Positions 1 through 8,988 of a stretch of 64,000 nucleotides of DNA are shown here, one piece after another. Below the pieces are notes generated by a model. The model was not told the DNA's origin. It saw only the letters and a list, made by a program, of their open reading frames with translations, and searched no databases. Made by a program: the position numbers and the translations under genes. The stretch is taken from assembly GCA_026395955.1 (NCBI GenBank), contig JAPLXR010000007.1:1957-65956 (forward strand). The letters are read 5' to 3'. Positions within the stretch are counted from its first letter, which is position 1. Each line of letters begins with the position of its first letter. This stretch comes from Candidatus Nomurabacteria bacterium. Its GTDB lineage: Bacteria; Patescibacteriota; Minisyncoccia; Phycocordibacterales; UBA9973.

Positions 1-47
1 AGATAAAAAAATATTAGAGTTAAAATTAAACATAGAGTAATAAAAAT

Positions 48-82
48 AAAGAGTGGATGAAACTATTTCATCCACTCTTTTT
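48..82. terminator. Intrinsic terminator-like hairpin
   Basis: aaagagtggatgaaa-cta-tttcatccactcttt perfect inverted repeat followed by a T-run. Confidence 0.7.
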
Positions 83-132
83 ACTTTTTAACCCCAAAAT
101 GATAGTATAATCAATATATTTAACAGTTAATC

Positions 133-230
133 AGTTTGTCTTCAGACACACAGTAGTGTACATCAGAAGTGTGAAACAACTTGTTATCACGTTTCACAGA
201 TGGAACAATACTCTAGTTTGGAGATAAACT
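133..230 (+). promoter_or_regulatory. Long irregular stem-loop in the pnp 5' leader
   Basis: agtttgtcttcagac pairs with gtttggagataaact (15 bp with G-U), inner catc/gatg and tgtgaaac/gtttcaca; TATAAT at 106-111 upstream. Confidence 0.65.
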
Positions 231-241
231 AAACTTTTTCT

Positions 242-282
242 TTCCCTCTCTAAATCTACATTTGGGGAGGGTCAGGGAGGGG
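242..282. repeat. Partial copy of a G/C-tract REP-like palindrome
   Basis: ccctctctaaat...atttggggagggtcagggagggg resembles the 3' half of the repeats at 28038 and 45006. Confidence 0.5.
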
Positions 283-292
283 TAAATAAATT

Positions 293-2446
293 ATGCAAAA
301 AAAAGAGTATGTAGTAGAAATCGGTGGAAAAATTATGACCGCTATTTTTTCAGATCTAGCTGACCAAGCCCATGGTAGTGTGATGTTGAAGTACGGCGAG
401 ACTATAGTATTAGCGACAGCTTGTATGAGTAAAGACAAGCAAGCAGGTTTAGGATTTTTTAATCTCACAGTTGATTACGCAGAAAAATTTTATGCGACTG
501 GAAAAATTCTCGGATCACAATATGTTCGTCGTGAAGGTAAACCATCAAACGAAGCAATCCTCGCATCTCGTGTAATCGATAGAACTATCCGCCCACTTTT
601 CGATCAAAATCTTCGCCATGCAGTGCAAGTCATCGTGACTGTTATCGCATGTGATGATAATGATCCAGCGATGCTCGCAGTGAATGCTGCATCACTCGCA
701 CTCGTCGTTTCAAATATTCCATGGAAGGGACCGATAGGTTGTGTGAGAATTGGAAAGTATGATGATGATAATTTAGTAGTGAATGCTTCAACGACAAAAA
801 GACAAGAAGAGTATCCTTACAAATTTGACCTCACAGTTTGCGGAAGAGAGGGAACAATAAATATGATCGAAGCTGCCGCAAGACAAGCAAAAGAAGAAGA
901 GCTCACCCTAGCATTAGAAACAGCAAGTAAAGAAATTACAAAGTTAGAAGATTTCCAAAAGAAGATCCAAGCTGAAATCGGAAAAACAAAAAGAGAAATA
1001 ATTCACGATAAAATAAGTGAAGAGTCTGTCACATTATTCAAAGAAAATATTTTACCAAAAATGGAAGCTGCTATTTTTGCCGGAGCAGGGAAAGCAAAGA
1101 TTGATGAATTACATTCTATCTGGAACGAACTTGTAAAAGAAAAATATCGCCAAGAAATAAAACAGGGTGATAGAAAAGATTTTCAATTAGAAGATGACCT
1201 TTTCGACGAAACAGAAAACGATATGCTTCACGAAAAAGCTATCAAAGAAAATCGTCGCGCTGATGGTCGCGCGATGGATGAAGTTCGTGAACTCTATGCG
1301 CAAGCTGGAGGTCTTTCAAAAATTTTACATGGCTCAGGAATTTTTTATCGTGGAGGAACACACGTTCTCTCTGCACTGACACTCGGTGGACCAGATGATA
1401 AACAAGAAGTGAATGGAATGGATTTACAAACTTCAAGAAGATTTATGCATCACTATAATTTTCCTCCATTCTCTGCAGGAGAACCAGGAAGAAGTGGTTT
1501 TACAAATCGTCGTGAGATAGGACACGGAGCACTCGCAGAAAAAGCATTGATGATGGTCTTACCAGAAAAAGAAATTTTTCCTTACACTATTCGTATCGTT
1601 TCTGAATCAACTGCATCAAACGGTTCAACTTCACAAGCAAGTATTTGTGCATCAACTCTCGCACTCATGGATGCTGGTGTTCCAATCAAAGCCCCTGTCG
1701 CAGGAATCGCAATGGGACTAATGTATGAAAATGATAATGCATATAAAATTTTGACAGACATTCAAGGTCCAGAAGATCATCATGGTGATATGGATTTCAA
1801 AGTTGCTGGAACACGTGAAGGAATCACTGCAATCCAACTCGATGTAAAAGTCGACGGTGTGCCAATAAAGATTTTGAGTGAAGCAATGGCCCAAAGTAAA
1901 AAAGCTCGTCTCACAATTCTCGACACTATTGAAAAGGAAATTGCTAAACCTCGTGATCATATTTCACCAAACGCTCCAGAAATTTTGATAATTAAAATCA
2001 AACCGGAACAAATAGGTGGAGTCATAGGATCAGGAGGAAAAGTCATTAAAGATATAAAAGAAAGAACAGGCGCAGAAATAACTATCGAAGACGATGGTAC
2101 AGTTTACTTCACTGGTCGCGATGGTTCTGCAGGAAAAGCAAAACAAATCGTTGAAGAAATGACACACCAATACGCTGTCGGAGATATGATAAACGGAGAA
2201 GTAGTAAAGATTGCAGACTTCGGTGCATTCGTCAGACTAAATGATTTTACAGATGGAATGGTTCACATTTCTGAAATTGCACCTTTCCGTGTTAACGCTG
2301 TAGCTGAGTTAATAAAAGAAGGAATGATTGTACCAGTAAAAGTTATCGGTATCGATGCACAAAGAGGAAAAATTAGTCTATCTATCAAAGAAGCAAATCC
2401 AACTTTCTTCCAACCAAAACTACCACCACAAATACCTCAAGCATAG
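293..2446 (+). CDS. pnp: Polyribonucleotide nucleotidyltransferase (PNPase)
   Basis: RREG.P, FMHHYNFPPFS, RREIGHGALAEKAL, EDHHGDMDFKVAGT motifs; C-terminal KH and S1 domains. Confidence 0.98.
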   Translation: MQKKEYVVEIGGKIMTAIFSDLADQAHGSVMLKYGETIVLATACMSKDKQAGLGFFNLTVDYAEKFYATGKILGSQYVRREGKPSNEAILASRVIDRTIRPLFDQNLRHAVQVIVTVIACDDNDPAMLAVNAASLALVVSNIPWKGPIGCVRIGKYDDDNLVVNASTTKRQEEYPYKFDLTVCGREGTINMIEAAARQAKEEELTLALETASKEITKLEDFQKKIQAEIGKTKREIIHDKISEESVTLFKENILPKMEAAIFAGAGKAKIDELHSIWNELVKEKYRQEIKQGDRKDFQLEDDLFDETENDMLHEKAIKENRRADGRAMDEVRELYAQAGGLSKILHGSGIFYRGGTHVLSALTLGGPDDKQEVNGMDLQTSRRFMHHYNFPPFSAGEPGRSGFTNRREIGHGALAEKALMMVLPEKEIFPYTIRIVSESTASNGSTSQASICASTLALMDAGVPIKAPVAGIAMGLMYENDNAYKILTDIQGPEDHHGDMDFKVAGTREGITAIQLDVKVDGVPIKILSEAMAQSKKARLTILDTIEKEIAKPRDHISPNAPEILIIKIKPEQIGGVIGSGGKVIKDIKERTGAEITIEDDGTVYFTGRDGSAGKAKQIVEEMTHQYAVGDMINGEVVKIADFGAFVRLNDFTDGMVHISEIAPFRVNAVAELIKEGMIVPVKVIGIDAQRGKISLSIKEANPTFFQPKLPPQIPQA

Positions 2447-2453
2447 CCAAAAT

Positions 2454-2477
2454 AAAAAGCCCCATTTGGGGCTTTTT
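2454..2477 (+). terminator. Intrinsic terminator after pnp
   Basis: aaaaagcccc-attt-ggggcttttt. Confidence 0.8.
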
Positions 2478-2541
2478 ATTTTATTGCTTTTTATTATAAA
2501 AGTACTAAACTTAAAACAAAAGTACTTAAAACACAGAAATC

Positions 2542-2730
2542 ATGCCTGAACAAAAAGCCTCTATGTACGAGCTGTTTAAAAATGGTCCAAATTTTGAATT
2601 CAAAAAAATAGATTATTCTTCTCCTAAAATTACAAAAGAAGTTGAAGAACTTAAAAAACAAAAGGAAAAAATTCAAAATCAAGCCAAAGTATCCATTTGG
2701 GAACTGCAGCAAATTGTATTTACAATTTAA
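2542..2730 (+). CDS. Small hypothetical protein (62 aa)
   Basis: ATG ORF filling the gap with genome-like composition; no recognisable motif. Confidence 0.5.
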   Translation: MPEQKASMYELFKNGPNFEFKKIDYSSPKITKEVEELKKQKEKIQNQAKVSIWELQQIVFTI

Positions 2731-2784
2731 ATAAAATCTCATTATTATAGTGAGATTTTTTTATTTTTGGTATACTTATTGAAT

Positions 2785-3678
2785 ATGGAAGGGAATGAAT
2801 TAAATACTCCAAAACCAATTGAAATAAAAGAAGAGCCAATCCTAACTAAAAATGGAATGGTGCAGACATATGCCGAAGATATGGCAAAAGCTGCAGAAAG
2901 TTTACAGGGAATGGAATTAAAAAAACTTATCGAACGTGATGAGCAATTTGGTGAGCAAAAAGAAAACCTTTCTCCTGAATCAAAGAAGAACAAGATCTTG
3001 ATGATTATTTCTACTATTTTAATGATCGCTACTGTAACACTAGTCTTTTTGGTATATAAAAAAAGTAATACTATAGTCAGTATACCTGTAATACAACAAA
3101 ACAAATCAATAATTTATACAGATAAAACTCAGTTCCTATCTATCGATGGATTAAACAAAGATCAAATAATTCAAACAATTAAAAATGAAGTTTCTTCTAC
3201 AGACGTAAAAAGTGGAGGGATAGAGAGTATTTATCTAACTGAAAACAAACAAGTTATTGGTTTTAATAGATTTACAACACTACTCAATCTAAATATTCCG
3301 AACGAAGTTTCAAGTTACACAAATGACAATTTCCTTATAGGAGCATACAACGGTTCTACTAAATCATTCTTTATATTATTGAAAGTAAAATCATTTACAG
3401 ATATTTTCCCTGGATTTAAGTTATGGGAAAATAAAATGTTTAGTGATTTATATAATCTTTTTGGTATAAATTTAAATACCGACAATCAAGACTTGTTAAC
3501 AAAAGATTTTGCTGACAGTATTTTAAATAACAAAAATGCTCGTACTTTATATGACAAAGACAATAATCCTATTTTAGAATATGTATATGCTAGTGATACT
3601 TCTGTAGTGATAATTGCAAACAACGAAACAGCTCGTGAAATAATGACTAGACTTTCTGTAAATCCTCTTGGGAATTAA
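2785..3678 (+). CDS. Hypothetical single-pass membrane protein
   Basis: One hydrophobic helix (ILMIISTILMIATVTLVFLVY); ATG at 2785 follows a TGGTATACT extended -10. Confidence 0.8.
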   Translation: MEGNELNTPKPIEIKEEPILTKNGMVQTYAEDMAKAAESLQGMELKKLIERDEQFGEQKENLSPESKKNKILMIISTILMIATVTLVFLVYKKSNTIVSIPVIQQNKSIIYTDKTQFLSIDGLNKDQIIQTIKNEVSSTDVKSGGIESIYLTENKQVIGFNRFTTLLNLNIPNEVSSYTNDNFLIGAYNGSTKSFFILLKVKSFTDIFPGFKLWENKMFSDLYNLFGINLNTDNQDLLTKDFADSILNNKNARTLYDKDNNPILEYVYASDTSVVIIANNETAREIMTRLSVNPLGN

Positions 3679-3726
3679 GCTTAAAAAATTGATTGCCTTA
3701 AAAATAGAAAGTGCTATCATTTAGGC

Positions 3727-4086
3727 ATGACATTAAACAAAGAAAAAATTAAAGAAGAATTAGAAAAAGAAAGAGATGCTTTAAAAACCCAAATGGGTGA
3801 TATGGCCAAGCTAAACCCTGAGACAGGCGAATGGGAAGCTCAACCAGAAGCTCAAGATTTCCCTGAAGCTGATTTGAATGACCAAGCCGACCGTTTTGAA
3901 GAATTCGAAAGTCGTAGTTCAATGATAAAAGATTTAGGTATCAGATGGAAAAATATATTATCTTCATTAAAAAATATAAACAAGGCCTCTTTTGCAAAAT
4001 GTTCAGTATGTGGAAAAGATATTGAAGCAGCTAGAATGAAAGCCAATCCAGCAGCAAAGACTTGTAAAAAGCATTTAGAAAATTAA
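3727..4086 (+). CDS. TraR/DksA C4-type zinc-finger protein
   Basis: Coiled coil with D..D then CSVC...RMKANPAAKTCKKH. Confidence 0.85.
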   Translation: MTLNKEKIKEELEKERDALKTQMGDMAKLNPETGEWEAQPEAQDFPEADLNDQADRFEEFESRSSMIKDLGIRWKNILSSLKNINKASFAKCSVCGKDIEAARMKANPAAKTCKKHLEN

Positions 4087-4093
4087 GAAAAGA

Positions 4094-4129
4094 AAAAAGA
4101 GCAGTTGTATATAATACAGCTGCTCTTTT
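4094..4129. terminator. Bidirectional terminator between convergent genes
   Basis: aaaagagcagttgtat-ata-atacagctgctctttt. Confidence 0.75.
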
Positions 4130-4131
4130 GA

Positions 4132-4596
4132 TTAATTTTTTCTACTCCAAGTATTTTCTATTGGCTCTTGTGGAAAATTATCCAGTATCCATGCAATTGC
4201 TGAAATAGCAGCTCCTCCAGTCATTCTACCTCCTCCAATAACAGGAATGCATTCGCAATCAAAACATACATCTGCTCCAGCTTCTAGAACTTCTTTTGAT
4301 GTTGTTTGTATTGTTGTACTAATAAAAATTATTTTTGTTCTTGGGCTTATCTCTTTTACTTTTTTTATTACATGGCAATTAGATTCAGGGCCGCTAAGAT
4401 AGTTCATGGCAAAGAAATCTGGTTTATTTTCTATAAGCAAGTTAAGATTTTTTATTTCATGTTTTTCATAATCAAATTCTAAATCTCCTGGGTATATAAA
4501 CATATTAGTGACTTCCTTGTTAAAGTATTGATGCAGTGTCCTTTGTAAATAGGACACACCACTTCTACATCCCATTATTGTTATGTTTTTTCTCAT
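4132..4596 (-). CDS. Atypical CheY-like (pseudo-receiver) protein
   Basis: KPDFFAMNY...KVKEISPRTKIIFIST...EVLEAGAD pattern of receiver domains, but phospho-Asp and conserved Lys positions are altered. Confidence 0.6.
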   Translation of the reverse strand: MRKNITIMGCRSGVSYLQRTLHQYFNKEVTNMFIYPGDLEFDYEKHEIKNLNLLIENKPDFFAMNYLSGPESNCHVIKKVKEISPRTKIIFISTTIQTTSKEVLEAGADVCFDCECIPVIGGGRMTGGAAISAIAWILDNFPQEPIENTWSRKN

Positions 4597-4700
4597 TTTA
4601 TTTATTTTTTAATGAACATTTATATTATTTACACTATCAACCAACAAATTTCTTTATTAATTGAACAATGTGGGCGAGAAATTCTCTCGCCCAAAATTAA

Positions 4701-5054
4701 TTAAATGGTTATTGTTCTCTCTCGGGTAATAGTAAAAACTATTCCGTCTTTAGTGCGTGATATCTTTGATACACACTCACCATCTTCTAACTCCAATTTC
4801 TGCTTCAAAAAAATATTAGACTGCTTATGAACACGACCAACCACTCCTAGAAACAAGTGGTCTTTTTGTCCGTTCTCTTTATCATCCATCAAACCAAGTT
4901 CTCTTATTTTCTCTTTTTGCTCTTTCGTAAATTGATCTCCCCATTTACAGCAAAAACAGTCCTCACTCGAGATTTCATTGATTTGTAAACCAACTATTTC
5001 AAAGAATTTATGTAGTATTTCAATAAACTTTTCTTCTGTTATCTTATTTTCCAT
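4701..5054 (-). CDS. Hypothetical protein (117 aa)
   Basis: ATG ORF downstream of a near-consensus minus-strand promoter. Confidence 0.7.
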   Translation of the reverse strand: MENKITEEKFIEILHKFFEIVGLQINEISSEDCFCCKWGDQFTKEQKEKIRELGLMDDKENGQKDHLFLGVVGRVHKQSNIFLKQKLELEDGECVSKISRTKDGIVFTITRERTITI

Positions 5055-5122
5055 TATCTATATTTACCCTATCCTTGGTAGGGGATCTTTAAAACGTTTG
5101 TAATGAACTTATTTCTGGGTAT

Positions 5123-5151
5123 AGTATAGCAGTATTTTATGTTAATGTCAA
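5123..5151 (-). promoter_or_regulatory. Sigma70-type promoter TTGACA-17-TATACT (TGn extended)
   Basis: Reverse complement reads ttgaca-ttaacataaaatactgc-tatact. Confidence 0.75.
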
Positions 5152-5261
5152 TTATAGTAACACTATATGCTATAAAACTATTTAAATATAAGGGTATTTG
5201 TAGTATATTATTAGTTGTCAGAATAGTTGACAAATAGATGTTATTGGAATATACTAGGTTT

Positions 5262-6002
5262 ATGTCACAAGAACTATCAAAAACCCTTGAAAAGCTCGGT
5301 CTTTCTGATAAACAAGCAAAGGTATATGTTGCTGGGCTGAAACTCGGCAGATTTTCAGTATTGGCTTTAGCAGAAAAGACAGGCATCAAAAGACCAACAT
5401 GTTACTTAATTTTAGATGAACTTATAAAAAAAGGTTTGATTTCAACATATCCAAAAGAAAAGAAGGTTATTTATGTAGCCGAACATCCAAACAATCTTTT
5501 GAAGCAAGCAGCTGATGCGTATGCAACCGCAAAGGAACTAATGCCAGAATTACAAAATTTAATAAACACCAATGCAGAAAAACCAGTGTTGAAAGTTTAT
5601 TCAGGGCAGAGTGGAATACAAAATATTTATGAAGATATGACTGATGAAGGAAAGGATTTATTTTACTTTGGATCAGTGAAGGAACTAGTTGAATCTGTCG
5701 GGCAGGAATTTTTGGATAATTGGATTAAAAAAAGAATTGCAAAAGGAATGAAATCGAAGAGTATCAGAATACGAGAAAAAGAAATGGATTACAAATTGTA
5801 CGGAAACTCACCAGAAAATCTTAGAACAATAAGATATGCACCAGAAGGTTTCACAATGCCATACACTATTTATATTTACAGTAAAAAAGTGGCGTTTGTT
5901 TCAACGAAAAAAGACCTGTTTGGTTTTATTGTAGAGAGTGACGACTTGGCAAAATCAATGAAGGCATTATTTGATGTAGTGTGGAATATTTCAACAAACT
6001 AG
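5262..6002 (+). CDS. TrmB-family transcriptional regulator
   Basis: LEKLGLSDKQAKVY...LAEKTGIKRPTCYLILDELIKKGL wHTH; C-terminal IYIYSKKVAFVS...IVESDDLA PLD-like domain. Confidence 0.9.
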   Translation: MSQELSKTLEKLGLSDKQAKVYVAGLKLGRFSVLALAEKTGIKRPTCYLILDELIKKGLISTYPKEKKVIYVAEHPNNLLKQAADAYATAKELMPELQNLINTNAEKPVLKVYSGQSGIQNIYEDMTDEGKDLFYFGSVKELVESVGQEFLDNWIKKRIAKGMKSKSIRIREKEMDYKLYGNSPENLRTIRYAPEGFTMPYTIYIYSKKVAFVSTKKDLFGFIVESDDLAKSMKALFDVVWNISTN

Positions 6003-6038
6003 CTTTTATTTTAAAAAACAAATTGATATAATTAAATT

Positions 6039-7610
6039 ATGAGTTTTGCAAAAGTTTATTCTGCGCAAATTAATTTACTCACCGGCACGATTGTCACAAT
6101 AGAGACAGACCTCTCTCGAGGTTTAAATGCTTTTACAATTGTTGGACTACCAGATAAGGCAGTAGATGAAGCGCGCGACCGAGTAGGGAGCGCGCTTAAA
6201 AATTCTGGCTACGAATCTCCAAAAAGTAAAAACCAGAAAACCGTAGTCTCACTCGCACCAGCAGATCTTAAAAAAGAAGGACCATATTTCGACCTTGGTA
6301 TTGCTGTCGCATATTTACTAGCAACAAATGAAATAAAATTTAATACAGAAAACAAAATTTTCCTCGGTGAGCTTTCGCTCAATGGTGATTTGAAAAGTAT
6401 CCGTGGAGTTTTACCTTTAGTCCAAGAAGCAAAACACCAAGGATTTGAAGAAATTTATTTACCGAAAGAAAATGCTGTCGAGGCCGCACTCGTAGATGGA
6501 ATAAAAATTTTTGGTGCTGATACTTTAAAACAAGTTATTGAACATATAGATGAAAGTAAAATACAATTAGAAGAAGACGATGACGAAATCAGAAAAACAA
6601 AAAAGAAAATTACTCTCCAACCAAAAACAGAAATAATTTTTGAAAAAATAATTACTAATGCAGACTTTTCAGATATTCGCGGACAAGAAGGTGCAAAGAG
6701 AGGTCTCGAAATAGCGGCCGCAGGCGGACACAACATAGCAATGTCAGGCCCACCAGGCACAGGAAAGACAATGCTCGCTCGAGCATTTAGTGGATTGCTT
6801 CCTGATCTGAGCATCGATGAAGTTTTAGAAATTACAGGTATACATTCTATCGTCGGTGCGAATGGAGGTGAACTTGTAAAAAATGCTCCGTTCCGTTCAC
6901 CACACCATACTTCATCTTATGTCTCACTCATCGGAGGAGGAACTTTCCCAAAACCAGGTGAGGTAACTCTCGCACATCGTGGAGTTTTATTTCTCGATGA
7001 ATTTCCCGAATTTGATAAGAGAGTGATGGAGTCTCTACGCCAACCACTCGAAGACAATATAGTAACAATTTCTCGCGCAAAAGGTACAGCTGTTTTTCCT
7101 TCTAATTTTATTTTAGTTGCTGCTATGAATCCTTGTCCATGTGGCAACCAAGGCAATAAACAAAAAGCCTGTATTTGTAAACAAAATGATTTAGATAGAT
7201 ACAAGAGAAAACTTTCTGGCCCAATAATGGACCGTATCGATTTATGGATCACAGTCAGCAATATTGATTATAAAAAATTAGGAGAAAAAGGGGATGGAGA
7301 AAGAAGTGAAACAATTCGTGAGAGAGTTATAAAAGCTAGAAAAATCCAAAAAGAAAGATTTGAAAAGGCTGAAAGAAAAATAACTTCCAACAGTGAAATG
7401 AATGTAAAAGATTTAACATTACTTATTAAACTAACAGACGAAGTTCGCAGTTTGCTCGAAGAAAGTTCTGAACGCCTAGCACTCTCAGCTCGTGCTTATC
7501 ATCGTGTTATAAAAATAGCCCGCACAATTGCGGACTTGGAAAATTCTATAGACATAGAAAAACATCATATACTCGAAGCGATACAATATAGACCTAAGGT
7601 GCAAATTTAA
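6039..7610 (+). CDS. comM: YifB/ComM Mg-chelatase-like AAA+ ATPase
   Basis: IVGLPDKAV, GPPGTGKTML, PFRSPHHTSS, PGEVTLAHRGVLFLDEFPEF, AAMNPCPCG. Confidence 0.93.
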   Translation: MSFAKVYSAQINLLTGTIVTIETDLSRGLNAFTIVGLPDKAVDEARDRVGSALKNSGYESPKSKNQKTVVSLAPADLKKEGPYFDLGIAVAYLLATNEIKFNTENKIFLGELSLNGDLKSIRGVLPLVQEAKHQGFEEIYLPKENAVEAALVDGIKIFGADTLKQVIEHIDESKIQLEEDDDEIRKTKKKITLQPKTEIIFEKIITNADFSDIRGQEGAKRGLEIAAAGGHNIAMSGPPGTGKTMLARAFSGLLPDLSIDEVLEITGIHSIVGANGGELVKNAPFRSPHHTSSYVSLIGGGTFPKPGEVTLAHRGVLFLDEFPEFDKRVMESLRQPLEDNIVTISRAKGTAVFPSNFILVAAMNPCPCGNQGNKQKACICKQNDLDRYKRKLSGPIMDRIDLWITVSNIDYKKLGEKGDGERSETIRERVIKARKIQKERFEKAERKITSNSEMNVKDLTLLIKLTDEVRSLLEESSERLALSARAYHRVIKIARTIADLENSIDIEKHHILEAIQYRPKVQI

Positions 7611-7615
7611 CAAAA

Positions 7616-7699
7616 AAACCCCTTACAAAAAATTTCTGTCCGAGGGTCCCACCCAGTATTCTGAGAAGGGCGCAGGACGAAATTTTTTGTAAGGGTTTT
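7616..7699. repeat. Palindromic element (family A), intergenic copy and likely bidirectional terminator
   Basis: cccttacaaaaaatttc...gaaattttttgtaaggg stem; core shares tcctgcgcccttct and gtgggaYcctYgga with the insert in pcrA. Confidence 0.8.
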
Positions 7700-7708
7700 A
7701 AAATTTAA

Positions 7709-8779
7709 TTATTGAGCCCAAGAGTTATCAAAGCCTGGATTCCATCCACCACGTACTTCGAAATGAAGGTGAGGACCAGTAGAGTGACCAGTAGAACCCA
7801 CATAACCGATTATTTGTCCTTGATAAACACTGTCTCCAATAGACACATTTAATTTTGTTTGGTGCGCATAATATGTTTGCATACCATTTGGGTGTTGGAT
7901 AATAACCAAGTTACCATAACCACCATTTTTTCCATAACGAGCAAAGATAACTTTACCTTTTGCTGCAGCCTTGATAGGTGTGCCTATAACATGACAACTC
8001 ATATCTACAGCATATTTATCATGTCTTCCTTGAGTAAGTCCACAAGGGATTGGTTTAATGAAATATCCAGCTGAAGATTTCATATTTGTATTCTTGTTCC
8101 AAGGTAAACTACCACCTTGTTTAATACTACCTGATTGAGAAGATGCTGTGTTTGGAATGTCTGCACCTGGAATAACAAGTTGATCTCCAATATTTAGGTT
8201 TACATCTATAGAAATATCATTAAAAGAAGTTATATCTTCAACGTCTACATTGTATATTTTAGCTATTATTTTCAATGTTTGACCTTTTGTCACTACATGA
8301 ACAACCCCAGAAACAGGAGGTATAAGCAAAGTATCTCCTTCAGTCAAAGGTGCACCTCTCTTTAAATCGTTAGCCCATATTATGGTATTAGAAGAAACAC
8401 CAAACATTTTAGCTATACCAGCCAAAGAATCTCCTTTTCTAATTACGTACACACTTATTTGATCGGCAGAAGCATCTGCTTCATCTGAACTAGTACCCAT
8501 AGCACTAGTAGCAGGTAATAGAGCACTATCTGAAAGAATATTAACATCCTCAGTAGAAGTGACGTCTTTTGAAACTACAGCCAAAGGAGAAACATTCGCC
8601 TGAAGAGCTGTATTTTGAATAGTATTATCAACAATAGTGGCATTATCAGCAGAAGCAGAAGAGCCTAAAAATAGATCTGAGACAAAATTAGCTTTTGCAG
8701 AAAAAGGTGCAAAAAAGACCCCAAACACTAAGAAAAGGGCTAAAATTGAAAATACTGTTTTAAATTGAGGTTTTTTCAT
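7709..8779 (-). CDS. LysM-domain M23 family metallopeptidase
   Basis: Signal peptide, two LysM repeats (YVIRKGDSLAGIAK; HVVTKGQTL), H...D, YAH and STGPHLHFEV. Confidence 0.93.
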   Translation of the reverse strand: MKKPQFKTVFSILALFLVFGVFFAPFSAKANFVSDLFLGSSASADNATIVDNTIQNTALQANVSPLAVVSKDVTSTEDVNILSDSALLPATSAMGTSSDEADASADQISVYVIRKGDSLAGIAKMFGVSSNTIIWANDLKRGAPLTEGDTLLIPPVSGVVHVVTKGQTLKIIAKIYNVDVEDITSFNDISIDVNLNIGDQLVIPGADIPNTASSQSGSIKQGGSLPWNKNTNMKSSAGYFIKPIPCGLTQGRHDKYAVDMSCHVIGTPIKAAAKGKVIFARYGKNGGYGNLVIIQHPNGMQTYYAHQTKLNVSIGDSVYQGQIIGYVGSTGHSTGPHLHFEVRGGWNPGFDNSWAQ

Positions 8780-8842
8780 AAATTATGACTGAGTATCGGT
8801 ATTTCGGACAGGTCTTTCGTTCATCTGTAGCGGTATATATTA

Positions 8843-8921
8843 AGGGTACCTCTTTGGATGTCGATAGTCAATGGGGGTGTGGAAAACACCCATTGACAAA
8901 ACTAAATAAAAGGTATATAAT
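8843..8921. promoter_or_regulatory. Back-to-back divergent sigma70 promoters
   Basis: + strand TTGACA(8893)-17-TATAAT(8916); - strand TTGACT-17-TACCCT (8871-8843); the two -35 boxes are arms of a palindrome. Confidence 0.7.
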
Positions 8922-8988
8922 ATATAGGTATAAAAGCTCAAAAAATTAGGTATTATCAGACAAACGTTTTATAATATAAATATAAAAA

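Noticed and set aside
1145-1171. Small inverted repeat tatcgcc...ggtgata inside pnp
   Set aside because: Only 7 bp with a G-U pair and no second copy; compatible with chance.
6550-6620. Charged stretch in ComM (ESKIQLEEDDDEIRKTKKK) as another coding palindrome
   Set aside because: No inverted repeat in the DNA; looks like an ordinary variable linker.
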